A stretch of DNA of 64,000 bases, taken from the NCBI GenBank assembly GCA_035502475.1, contig DATJUJ010000021.1:5098-69097 (forward strand), written 5' to 3'. The notes under the pieces are model-generated. The model did not search any database. It saw only the letters and a list, made by a program, of their open reading frames with translations, and was not told where the DNA came from. Positions 11,408 to 19,933 of the stretch are shown here, one piece after another. Position 1 is the stretch's first letter, and each line of letters starts with the position of its first letter. The DNA comes from Thermoplasmata archaeon (GTDB lineage: Archaea; Thermoplasmatota; Thermoplasmata; Lutacidiplasmatales; UBA184). Made by a program: the position numbers and the translations under genes.

Positions 11408-12145
11408 ATGACGCAGGCCCCGTGGGACGAGTTCGCCGGCGAGAAGTTCCGCGACGAGCTCACGAAGTACAAGATGGCGAACCACCCGTTCGCGACCCAT
11501 CCGTTCTTCGCCCGGCTCGAGCGGGGCGAGGTGCCGAAGCCGGTCGTCCAGGCGTGGGTGAAGCAGTTCTACCCGTGGCTCGCCTGCGTGCCGATCGCGA
11601 TGGCCGAGCGGTTCTCGAACGTCACGTGGAACCCCGCGCACGACCGGTACCGGCGCATGATCCTGGACCAGCTCGTGGAGGAGGCCGGCGACCCGAAGGG
11701 CAAGGAGCCGGGCCACCCCGAGCTCTGGCTCCGGTTCTGCGAGGGGCTCGGCGTTCCCCGGTCCGAGGTCCAGGGCGCGCCGCTCCTCCCGAGCACGATG
11801 GTCGCGATCGACGATTTCCTGTACACCAACCGCGTCAACCCGTTCTACGTCTCGGCCGCGGGTTCGTCGGAGCCTCCGAACGTCGACCTCTGCGCGCGGC
11901 TCCTCCCCGCCTTCCGCACGCACTACCACGTCCCCGAGGAGAACCTCGAGTACTACCGGCTCCACGTGACCGCCGACGTCGAGCACAGCGAGTGGATCGG
12001 GCAGATCGTGGCGGGGTTCGCGAACTCCCCCGAGGTCCGCAAGCAGATGTGGGAGCAGATGCTCCGAGGATTCTCGATCCACGCGCTCCTCGTCGACGGC
12101 GTGCTGGCGGAGTCGAACGGGGCCGCCGCACCCAAGCATAAATAG
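11408..12145 (+). CDS. heme-oxygenase-like diiron enzyme (CADD/PqqC/TenA superfamily)
   Basis: 245 aa; all six CADD-type metal ligands recognisable: LVEE, HPELW, SSE, HxxxDxxH (LHVTADVEH). Confidence 0.85.
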   Translation: MTQAPWDEFAGEKFRDELTKYKMANHPFATHPFFARLERGEVPKPVVQAWVKQFYPWLACVPIAMAERFSNVTWNPAHDRYRRMILDQLVEEAGDPKGKEPGHPELWLRFCEGLGVPRSEVQGAPLLPSTMVAIDDFLYTNRVNPFYVSAAGSSEPPNVDLCARLLPAFRTHYHVPEENLEYYRLHVTADVEHSEWIGQIVAGFANSPEVRKQMWEQMLRGFSIHALLVDGVLAESNGAAAPKHK

Positions 12146-12146
12146 G
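12138..12146 (+). promoter_or_regulatory. TATA-like box for the aro/trp leader transcript
   Basis: ATAAATAGG overlapping the stop of the upstream gene; AAATAG begins 28 nt before the leader ATG, versus 27 nt for the same hexamer before ATG 11408. Confidence 0.55.
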
Positions 12147-12167
12147 TCCTCGGAGGTCCCCCGGGGG

Positions 12168-12239
12168 ATGGCGGACCGACCGGGCCGCGCCGTGCGCGAC
12201 TTCGCGGGCCCCGGGGCCGCCCACACCTGGCTCTGGTGA
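12168..12239 (+). CDS. putative Trp-sensing leader peptide MADRPGRAVRDFAGPGAAHTWLW
   Basis: ATG 12168, TGG at 12228 and 12234, TGA 12237-12239; lies in the 195-nt gap directly upstream of the aro/trp operon; too short for the ORF track. Confidence 0.65.
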   Translation: MADRPGRAVRDFAGPGAAHTWLW

Positions 12240-12268
12240 ACGGGAGGCGCCGGGAGGGCGCCGTCCCC

Positions 12269-12287
12269 GCGTGCTCCGCACGCTTTT
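12269..12287 (+). terminator. hairpin + U-tract in the aro/trp leader (attenuator-like)
   Basis: GCGTGC-tcc-GCACGC followed by TTTT, 53 nt upstream of the first operon gene. Confidence 0.5.
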
Positions 12288-12340
12288 GGGTCGACTCCTC
12301 TTGGCGCTTCCCTGAGCGATAACTCAGGAAAGAAGAGACC

Positions 12341-13093
12341 ATGTACGGCAAAACGATCCGACTGCGGCGCGTGTTCCCGGACCCGAAGCGACGCCTGTTC
12401 TCGGTGCCCCTCGACCACGCGGTGTCGATGGGCCCGATCGACGGCCTCGAGGCGCTCGCGCCGCTCGCGAACGAGCTCCAGTCGAATGGGGTCGATCTCC
12501 TCATCGTGACGAAGGGGGCGGTGCGCGAGGTCGCGCCGATCCTCCGGCCCTCGACCCTGCTGGGGGTCCATGTCTCCGCCTCGACCTCGCTCGGATCGAC
12601 GTCGAACCGCAAGGTGCTGGTCGGCACCGCGCAGGAGGCCGTGGCCCTCGGCGCCGACCTCCTTTCGGTGCAGGTGAACTTCGGCGTCCCGGAGGAGCCC
12701 GAGATGCTGGTCGACCTCGGGCGGGCGGCCGACGAGTGCCGCGCCCTCGGCCTTCCGCTGCTCTGCATGGCCTACGTCAAGAAGGCCAACGGCGGGACCC
12801 CGGACGAGTTGCGGCACGCCGCCCGGGCCGCCGCCGACACGGGCGCCGACATCGTGAAGACGAGCTACCCCGGCTCGACCGAGGAGTTCGCCCGTCTGTG
12901 CCGGACCACGCCGGTGCCGGTGTTGATCGGGGGCGGCGTTCGGCTCGACGACGAGGCGGCGTTCCTCACGCTCGTGCGCTCGAGCGTCGCGGCCGGCGGG
13001 GCCGGCATCTGCATCGGGCGGAACCTCTTCCAGCGCTCGCCCGTGGGACCCCTCGCGGCGCGGATCGCCTCCCTGCTGCACGGAGCCGGCTGA
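12341..13093 (+). CDS. aroA': 2-amino-3,7-dideoxy-D-threo-hept-6-ulosonate (ADH) synthase, class I aldolase
   Basis: 250 aa; VPLDHAVSMGPIDGL, Schiff-base VKTSY, IGRNLFQ; directly upstream of DHQ synthase II. Confidence 0.88.
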   Translation: MYGKTIRLRRVFPDPKRRLFSVPLDHAVSMGPIDGLEALAPLANELQSNGVDLLIVTKGAVREVAPILRPSTLLGVHVSASTSLGSTSNRKVLVGTAQEAVALGADLLSVQVNFGVPEEPEMLVDLGRAADECRALGLPLLCMAYVKKANGGTPDELRHAARAAADTGADIVKTSYPGSTEEFARLCRTTPVPVLIGGGVRLDDEAAFLTLVRSSVAAGGAGICIGRNLFQRSPVGPLAARIASLLHGAG

Positions 13094-13104
13094 GGCGATC
13101 GACG

Positions 13105-14133
13105 GTGGCGCGGGAGCGGATCGCCGTCGCACCGCAGGCCGCCGAGGCGGAGCTGCGTCGTGCGATCGTGGAGCGGGCCCGCCGCCGGGGGTTCGCGCGG
13201 TTCGTCGTGTCCGAGGACCAGCCGCTCTCCGCCGAGCCGGGCGAGGAGGTCCTGGTGCGCCACGCCGACGGGCTCTCGGGCTTTCCCGGGAGCCCCCGCA
13301 TCCCGATCGTCGCGATCGCCTCGGCCGAGGCGCTCGGCCGGGCGGTGGCCGCGGTCCCGGACGGCAGCACGGTCGCGATCGAGTGGGTCGGCGACCGGGT
13401 GATCCCGCTCGAGAACGCGATCGCCGCGCGGGGCCGTCGTTTCCGGCTCTGGGCCTACGCCCGCACGCCGGCCGAGGTGCCCGGCGCCCTCGGCGCGCTC
13501 GAGCACGGCGCGGACCGGGTCATCGTGGAGCTCCGGACCCCCGAAGAGGTCGATACGCTCGAGGCGCTCGTCGAGAGCGCGCTGCCCGCGGGCCTCGACT
13601 GGCAGACGGTCGCCGTGCGCGCCGTCCGCCCGGCCGGGGTCGGCGACCGAGTGCTCGTGGACACGACCTCGCTCCTCCGCCCCTCGGAGGGCCTCTTGGT
13701 GGGCAGCGCGGCCGCGTTCCTCTTCCACGTCGCGAGCGAGGCGATCGGCTCAGCGTTCAGTCGGCCGCGGCCGTTCCGGGTGAACGCGGGAGCCGCCCAC
13801 TCCTACGTGCTGCTCGCGGACGGCACCACCCGCTATCTCGCCGAGCTCGAGGCCGGGGACGCCGTGCTGGCGGTGGAACCGGCCGGCGGGGCTCGAGCGG
13901 TCCGGGTCGGGCGGATCAAGATCGAGCGGCGCCCGATGGTCGTGGTGGAGGCCGAGGTCGACGACCGCCCGCGCACGGTCTTCCTGCAGGAGGCGGAGAC
14001 GGTGCGCCTCTCCACGGACACGGGTCGGCTCGCGACCACCGAGATCCGCCCGGGCGCGCGGGTCCACGGCGTGCGACTGCCGGCGGCCCGGCATCTCGGC
14101 ACAGCGGTCCAGGAGACCATCGAGGAACGATGA
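13105..14133 (+). CDS. aroB': 3-dehydroquinate synthase II
   Basis: GTG start; IEWVGDRVIPLEN, GDRVLVDT, EGLLVGS, RPFRVNAGAAHSY, GRIKIERRP, LQEAETVRL. Confidence 0.93.
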   Translation: MARERIAVAPQAAEAELRRAIVERARRRGFARFVVSEDQPLSAEPGEEVLVRHADGLSGFPGSPRIPIVAIASAEALGRAVAAVPDGSTVAIEWVGDRVIPLENAIAARGRRFRLWAYARTPAEVPGALGALEHGADRVIVELRTPEEVDTLEALVESALPAGLDWQTVAVRAVRPAGVGDRVLVDTTSLLRPSEGLLVGSAAAFLFHVASEAIGSAFSRPRPFRVNAGAAHSYVLLADGTTRYLAELEAGDAVLAVEPAGGARAVRVGRIKIERRPMVVVEAEVDDRPRTVFLQEAETVRLSTDTGRLATTEIRPGARVHGVRLPAARHLGTAVQETIEER

Positions 14134-15632
14134 GCCGTCCCGCTCCGCTCGTCATCGTGAGCCTCCCGGGTCGGAGCGTGGAGGAGCTCCGCGACGAGGT
14201 CCGCGCCGCCGAGGCCGGGCGCGCCGATCTGGCCGAGATCCGGCTCGATCGCCTGAGCCCGGAGCAACTGCCCCGGCTGGGCGAACTGTTCCCCTCGCCG
14301 GTGCCGCTCCTCGCCACGTACCGTTCGGCGGCCGAAGGCGGGCAGGGCGCGTCGGACCCGGAGCTCCGGCGGGCGATCCTGTCCCAGGCCGCCGAGCTCC
14401 CCTTCGCCTGGATCGATCTCGAGGCGGCTCGCGACCGATCCCTCTACGAGACGATGCGCGCCGGGCCCGGTCGCACGGTCGTGCTCTCGACCCACTTCCC
14501 CGAGCTCTCCGACCTCGCGCCGCTCGCGCAGGCCGCACGGGAGCCCGTGCCGCCGCATGGCGTCCGCAAGCTCGTGGCGCCGGCGGCGGTGAGCCGCTGG
14601 CTCTTCGAGATCGTGCCGAACCTCCCGCCGCCGGGCGAGTCCCCGCTCGTGGTCGCGGCGACGGGGCCGGCGGGCCCGCTCTCGCGGGCTGAATCCCGCC
14701 GCCTCGGCGCCGCCGCGGTGTTCGCGGCCCTCCCTCGGGCCGGGCCGGGCGAGGGGCTCCGGGATGCGGTGGAGCCGAGCCAGATCCCGGTCGACCGGCT
14801 GCGTCGCTTTCTCGAGGCCACCGACGAGGCTCCGCTGTTCGGCATCGCCGGCCGGCCGGTCGCCCACTCCCGGAGTCCGGATCTCCATGGTCGCTGGATG
14901 GCCCGGGACGGTCGGAGCGGTCTCTACGTGCCGCTCGAATTCGGGCGGGACGAGGAATTCGTGCGCTGCCTTCCCGGCCTCGCGGCCGCCGGGTTCCGGG
15001 GGATCAACGTGACACATCCGTTCAAGCCGATCGCCCTCGGCGCGGCGAGCCGGGTCGAGCGGGCGGCGGAGGTCTGCGGGGTCGCCAACTGCCTCACGTT
15101 CGAGGGCGACGAGGTCGAGGCCCAGAACACCGATCTCGCCGCGATCCTCCGCCGCCTCACCGAGCTCCAACGCGCCCGGCGATGGGCCGGAGGCGACCTC
15201 GCGGTCATCGGGAACGGCGGGGCCGCGCGGGCTACGCTGGCGGCCGCCCGAGAGCTGTCCGTCCCCGCGCGCCTCTACGCCCGACGGGCGGGGGCCGCCG
15301 GGGAGATCGCCCGCGCCTTCGGCGCGACGGTCGGGGATCCCGACCACGCGTCGCACGCGTCGCTCGTCGTACACGCGACCCCGGTCGGGCGCCTCGGGGC
15401 GGGCGTGCTCGAAGTGCCGATCCACTCCCTGGTGGGCCCCGGCACGATCGTCCTCGACTGGGTCTATGCCCCGGACGACCCCGCGGTCCGGGTCGCGACC
15501 GAAGCCGGCGGAGGGACGTACGAGGACGGCTGGAGGCTCCTGGTCTACCAGGCCGCCGAGAGCTACGCGATCTGGTGGGGGGAGCCGCCGGCGGCCTCCG
15601 AGGTCGACCGGGCCGTGGCGGAGGGTCCGTGA
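14130..15632 (+). CDS. aroD-aroE: fused type I 3-dehydroquinate dehydratase / shikimate dehydrogenase
   Basis: N-terminal EIRLD, TYRSAAEGG, IDLE, RKL; C-terminal GRPVAHSRSP, NVTHPFK, NTD, LVYQAAES; ATGA overlap with aroB'. Confidence 0.9.
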   Translation: MSRPAPLVIVSLPGRSVEELRDEVRAAEAGRADLAEIRLDRLSPEQLPRLGELFPSPVPLLATYRSAAEGGQGASDPELRRAILSQAAELPFAWIDLEAARDRSLYETMRAGPGRTVVLSTHFPELSDLAPLAQAAREPVPPHGVRKLVAPAAVSRWLFEIVPNLPPPGESPLVVAATGPAGPLSRAESRRLGAAAVFAALPRAGPGEGLRDAVEPSQIPVDRLRRFLEATDEAPLFGIAGRPVAHSRSPDLHGRWMARDGRSGLYVPLEFGRDEEFVRCLPGLAAAGFRGINVTHPFKPIALGAASRVERAAEVCGVANCLTFEGDEVEAQNTDLAAILRRLTELQRARRWAGGDLAVIGNGGAARATLAAARELSVPARLYARRAGAAGEIARAFGATVGDPDHASHASLVVHATPVGRLGAGVLEVPIHSLVGPGTIVLDWVYAPDDPAVRVATEAGGGTYEDGWRLLVYQAAESYAIWWGEPPAASEVDRAVAEGP

Positions 15633-16501
15633 TCGGCACCGCGCGCACGACGGCCGCGATCACAATCGTGAACGGCCTGCCGACGGGGTTCGGTTGCGCA
15701 CTCGGCGTCGCGCTGCCGGTGCGCGCCCGGGTCGTCCTCGAGCCGGCGCCGGCCGGCCAGGAACCCTCGCTGCGGTTCTCCCGCGGAGCGGCCACCCCGG
15801 TGGTCCGGGAGACGCTGCGTCTCGCGATCGATCGCTACGCAGCCGGCGGTCCCTGGAACGCCGACCTTCACCTGCGCTCGGAGATCCCCCCGGCCCGGGG
15901 GCTGAAGAGCTCGAGTGCGGTCGCCACCGCGGTCGCGCTCGCAACCGCCCGCGCGGCCGGTCGGGAGCCCCCGGACCTCGAGATCGCACGCCTGGCGGCG
16001 GGGGCCGCCCGCACGTCGGGCATCAGCGCCACCGGAGCGTTCGACGATGCGATCGCGGGCCTGCGTTCGGGGTTCTGCCTCGCCAACAACCGCACCGACG
16101 AACTGGTCCGCCACGGGCCGGTGGACCCGCGGTGGAGGGTCTCCCTGCTCGTGCCCGGAGGCCGACACCTCCCGAGCCCCGAGTGGAAGCGCGCCTTCGA
16201 GCGCCGGGCCGCGGACTCGACGCGTGCGGTCGACGCGGCCCTCGAGGGCCGGTGGTGGGAGGCGATGGCGATCAACTCCGAGCTCGTCGAAGAGGTCGTC
16301 GGGTACGCCTATGCGACGCTCCGCGCCGACCTCGCCTCGCGGGGGGCGCTCGGCTCGGGAGTGAGCGGCCTCGGACCCGCCTTCGCCGCGATCTCCGAGC
16401 CACCCCACGAGGCCGAGGTGCTGGGTGCGATGCCGAAGGAACGGGGCACGGTCCGGGCGCTCTCCGTGGCGACCGAGGCCGACCGGGAGGACCGGTCGTG
16501 A
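15629..16501 (+). CDS. aroK: archaeal (GHMP-type) shikimate kinase
   Basis: AITIVNG, GxGCALG, PPARGLKSSSAVA, TGAFDDA, GVSGLGPA. Confidence 0.92.
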   Translation: MIGTARTTAAITIVNGLPTGFGCALGVALPVRARVVLEPAPAGQEPSLRFSRGAATPVVRETLRLAIDRYAAGGPWNADLHLRSEIPPARGLKSSSAVATAVALATARAAGREPPDLEIARLAAGAARTSGISATGAFDDAIAGLRSGFCLANNRTDELVRHGPVDPRWRVSLLVPGGRHLPSPEWKRAFERRAADSTRAVDAALEGRWWEAMAINSELVEEVVGYAYATLRADLASRGALGSGVSGLGPAFAAISEPPHEAEVLGAMPKERGTVRALSVATEADREDRS

Positions 16502-17775
16502 CCGCCGTGCGCGTCCTGCCGGGCGTCGCCCACGGTCGCCTGCTTGCGCCGCCTTCCAAGAGCTACACGCACCGGGCGCTCGTGGTCGGCCATCTCTCGG
16601 GGCGACGCTTCGTCGTCGAACGCCCGCTCGACTCGGACGATACGCGGGCGACCGCGCGAGCCCTCGGCGTGCTGGGAAGCCTCGTGACCCGCCGGTCCCG
16701 CGCGTGGACCGTCACGCCGGCGCGGCGACGGCCGTCGCGCCGGACCGGCACGATCGATTGCGGGGAGTCCGGCACCACCCTTCGGTTCGTCGCCGCGCTG
16801 GCCGCGCTCTCCGACCGCCCGACCCGCCTGGTCGGTCGTGGTCGCCTCGCCGAGCGGCCGATGCGGCCCCTGCTGGAGGCGCTGACTGCCCTGGGCGCGC
16901 GATGCGTCGAGGCCTCGCCGGACCGAGGGTTGCCCCTCACGATCACCGGCCCGATCCGAGGGGGATCGGTCCGCCTCGACGCATCGGAGAGCTCGCAATT
17001 CGCCTCGGCCCTCCTCCTCGCCCTTCCCCGGGCGGAAGGCGACTCCGTGATCCGCCTCACGGGCCCCATCGTCTCCGAGCCGTACCTGGAAGCGACCCGT
17101 GCGGTGGTCCGGGCGCACGGGATCGCCCTGGGCGGCGACCGTCGATCGATCGGCATCCGCGGGCGCCAGCGATACCGGGGCCACCGGTTCCGCGTGCCGG
17201 GCGATGCCTCCTCGGCCGCCTACCTTTGGAGCGCCGCGGCCCTGACGGGCGGCCGAGTCCGGGTGGACGGGATCCCTCCGCGCTGGCCGCAGGCGGACCG
17301 ATCGGTGCTCGACGTTCTCGAGCGCGCGGGAGCCCGCGTGACCCGAGGCCGGGACAGCGCCACGGTCGCCGGGCCCGTCGATCGCCCGTTCGTGGTCGAA
17401 CTGACCTCGGCACCCGACCTGTATCCCCTCGCCGGGGTCCTGGCCGCGGCCGTGCCCGGCACGAGCGAGCTCCGGGGCGCCCGGCACATCGCCCTCAAGG
17501 AGTCCGACCGGCGCGCCGGCACCGAACGCCTGGTCCGGGCCTTGGGAGCGCGGTGCCGGTCGACCCGGGCGGGACTCGCGATCGAAGGGACGGATCGGAT
17601 CCGACCCGTCCGACTGCTGAACCTCACCGACCACCGCATGGTCATGAGCGCGGCCGTCGGCGCCCTGGCCGCCGAGGGCCCGTCCACGATCGGAGACGCG
17701 CGCGCCGTCGCGAAGTCGTTCCCCCGGTTCTTCTCCGTACTTCGCTCGCTCTCGGGGGGTCGAACCGCCCGATGA
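16498..17775 (+). CDS. aroA: EPSP synthase
   Basis: PPSKSYTHRAL, CGESGTTLRF, RPM, SSQFASALL, PGDASSA, KESDR, DHRM, KSFPRFF. Confidence 0.95.
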   Translation: MTAVRVLPGVAHGRLLAPPSKSYTHRALVVGHLSGRRFVVERPLDSDDTRATARALGVLGSLVTRRSRAWTVTPARRRPSRRTGTIDCGESGTTLRFVAALAALSDRPTRLVGRGRLAERPMRPLLEALTALGARCVEASPDRGLPLTITGPIRGGSVRLDASESSQFASALLLALPRAEGDSVIRLTGPIVSEPYLEATRAVVRAHGIALGGDRRSIGIRGRQRYRGHRFRVPGDASSAAYLWSAAALTGGRVRVDGIPPRWPQADRSVLDVLERAGARVTRGRDSATVAGPVDRPFVVELTSAPDLYPLAGVLAAAVPGTSELRGARHIALKESDRRAGTERLVRALGARCRSTRAGLAIEGTDRIRPVRLLNLTDHRMVMSAAVGALAAEGPSTIGDARAVAKSFPRFFSVLRSLSGGRTAR

Positions 17776-18857
17776 TGGAGTTCGGCGAACGGTTCCGGGT
17801 GACGATCTTCGGGACGAGCCACGGTCCGGAGGTCGGCGTGGAGATCGCGGGGATCCCGGCGGGGACCCCGATCGATCCCCTCGCGATCCAGGCGGCGCTC
17901 GATCGACGACGCCCTGTCGGCCGCCGTCTCGCCACCAAGCGGCAGGAGGAGGATCGGCTCGTGATCGACCGAGGCTGGGCCGACGGCCGGTCCGACGGCG
18001 GACCGCTTCGGGTGCACGTCGCGAACGAGGACGTACGCCGGCAGCCGTACGATCGGATGCGCGAGACCCCTCGGCCCGGCCATGCGGACTATCCGGCACG
18101 GGTCCGCTACGGTCCCGAAGCGGACCTCTCCGGCGGCGGGATCTTCTCGGGGCGGATGACGGTCGGGCTCGTGGCGGCCGGGGCGGTCGCTCGGCAGCTG
18201 CTGGCCCCCCTGGGGATCGACGCGCTGGCGTTCACGCGGGCGATCGCCGGCATCGAGGCCGAGGTCCCCGAGGCCGGGGCGCTGGCCATTCTGCGCGAGC
18301 GGGCGGCAGGCAACGAGGTCGGATCCCCCGACGCGGCCGCCGCGGCCCGCATGGAGGAGGCGATCGCGGTCGCCCGGCGCGACGGCGACAGCGTCGGGGG
18401 CGTCGTGGAGGTCCGGATCGTGGGGGTCCCCGTGGGCCTCGGCGAGCCGTTCTTCGACTCGATCGAGAGCGAGATCGCCCACCTGGCCTTCGCGGTGCCC
18501 GCCGTGAAGGGGATCGAGTTCGGTGCCGGGTTCGGGGCCTCGCGGATGCGCGGCAGCGAACACAATGACGCGTTCGTCCTGGACCGCGGTACGATCCGTA
18601 CCGCGACCAATCACGCGGGCGGCATCCTGGGGGGACTCGCCGACGGGATGCCGATCGTCTATCGGGTGGTGGTGAAGCCGACCTCGTCGATCGCGAAGCC
18701 GCAGGCGACCGTCAACCTCGCCGATCACACCCCCGCGACGCTCACCGTGACCGGGCGGCACGACCCGTGCATCGTCCCGCGGGCGGTCGTCGTGCTGGAA
18801 TCGATCGGCCTCATCGCGATCGCGGACCTCGCCGTCCGCGGAGGTTACCTCCGATGA
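17772..18857 (+). CDS. aroC: chorismate synthase
   Basis: FGTSHG, RPGHADY, GGGIFSGRMT, GDSVGG, PAVKGIEFG, KPTSSI, GRHDPCIVPRA. Confidence 0.96.
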   Translation: MMEFGERFRVTIFGTSHGPEVGVEIAGIPAGTPIDPLAIQAALDRRRPVGRRLATKRQEEDRLVIDRGWADGRSDGGPLRVHVANEDVRRQPYDRMRETPRPGHADYPARVRYGPEADLSGGGIFSGRMTVGLVAAGAVARQLLAPLGIDALAFTRAIAGIEAEVPEAGALAILRERAAGNEVGSPDAAAAARMEEAIAVARRDGDSVGGVVEVRIVGVPVGLGEPFFDSIESEIAHLAFAVPAVKGIEFGAGFGASRMRGSEHNDAFVLDRGTIRTATNHAGGILGGLADGMPIVYRVVVKPTSSIAKPQATVNLADHTPATLTVTGRHDPCIVPRAVVVLESIGLIAIADLAVRGGYLR

Positions 18858-19927
18858 CGGACGGACGCCGCCCGGTCGCGATCCTCGGCGCGGGGGGGTA
18901 TGTGGGCCAACACTTCGCGCGGCTGCTCGCCGACCATCCGTTGTTCGAGCCGGTCCTGTTCGGCGCCGGGGACCGCACCCGGGGCCACCGGCTGGGCGAG
19001 GTCTGGCAGCTCTCCGAGCCGCCCCCGCCCCCGGTGGAGGACGCCCGACTCGAGCGGGTCCGTCCGTCCGCGCTCGCCCGCAGCCGGATCCGCCTCGTCT
19101 TCTCCGCGCTCCCGTCCGGAACCGCCGGCCCGATCGAGACCGAACTCGCCCGCCGGGGGATTGCCGTCTTCACGAACGCCTCCGACCACCGGATGGACCG
19201 CGGCGTCCCGCTGCTCGTCCCCGAGGTCAACGCCGCCCACCTGAAGCTGACCGAGCGCCGGTCCTCCGGCCGCGCGCCGATCGTCGCGAACCCCAACTGC
19301 TCCGCGGCCGGCCTGGTCCTCGCGCTCGCCCCGCTCCGGACCATCCTGCGGCCCCGGGCCGTCCACGTCACCACGTTCCAGTCCCTCTCGGGCGCTGGCT
19401 ACCCGGGGGTTCCCTCGCTCGCGATCACCGACAACGTGGTCCCGTTCATCCGGGAGGAGGAAGAGAAGCTTGACCTCGAGACCCGTCGGATGTTGGGCGT
19501 CGTGCGGGCGGGTGCCGTGGCCCCGTTCCCCGTTCCCGTGATCGCCCACTGCGCCCGGGTCGCCACCCGCGAGGGCCACCTCGAGGCGGTGACCGTGGAC
19601 GCCCGGAGCCGCCCCGCGCGAGAGCGGATCCTCGACGCGTGGAGGACCTTCGACCCGCTGCGCGATGAGCCGCTGCCCACCGCGCCGCATCCTCCGCTCG
19701 AGGTACGCTCCGAGCCCGACCGCCCCCAGCCGATCCGGGACCGGTGGGCGGGGGCGCCGGCGCGCGCCCGCGGCATGGCGGTCGTGGTGGGTCGGGTCCG
19801 GTGGGAGCCCCCGTACCTCCGGTTCTTCGTGCTCTCGAACAACGCGGTCCGCGGCGCCGCCGGCGGTTCCGTGCTGAACGCCGAACTCGCGCTCGCCGGC
19901 GGTCTGCTCGGGCCGCCGAGCGGCTAG
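18854..19927 (+). CDS. asd: aspartate-semialdehyde dehydrogenase (archaeal type)
   Basis: GAGGYVGQ, FSALP, NASDHRM, PLLVPEVN, NPNCS (catalytic Cys), QSLSGAGYPGV, NAVRGAAG. Confidence 0.94.
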   Translation: MTDGRRPVAILGAGGYVGQHFARLLADHPLFEPVLFGAGDRTRGHRLGEVWQLSEPPPPPVEDARLERVRPSALARSRIRLVFSALPSGTAGPIETELARRGIAVFTNASDHRMDRGVPLLVPEVNAAHLKLTERRSSGRAPIVANPNCSAAGLVLALAPLRTILRPRAVHVTTFQSLSGAGYPGVPSLAITDNVVPFIREEEEKLDLETRRMLGVVRAGAVAPFPVPVIAHCARVATREGHLEAVTVDARSRPARERILDAWRTFDPLRDEPLPTAPHPPLEVRSEPDRPQPIRDRWAGAPARARGMAVVVGRVRWEPPYLRFFVLSNNAVRGAAGGSVLNAELALAGGLLGPPSG

Positions 19928-19933
19928 GGGGCC

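Noticed and set aside
11408-12145. Calling this gene pqqC or tenA
   Set aside because: No pqq genes nearby, and it lacks the PqqC DHDG and TenA catalytic Cys signatures; the ligand pattern is CADD-like.
12317-12322. CGATAA as a plus-strand TATA box for aroA'
   Set aside because: TATA-like boxes elsewhere in the window read TTATC or AAATAG in the sense direction; here the motif is inverted and sits in a hairpin loop. It cannot be fully excluded without TSS mapping.
10019-13132. Apparent 1037-aa protein ending in a CoA-transferase
   Set aside because: The upstream 600 codons are antisense shadow of the diiron enzyme and aroA'; the real gene starts at GTG 11320. Similar over-extensions were trimmed for aroB', aroDE, aroK, aroA, aroC, trpE/G/D/F, endA, pyrE and thermopsin.
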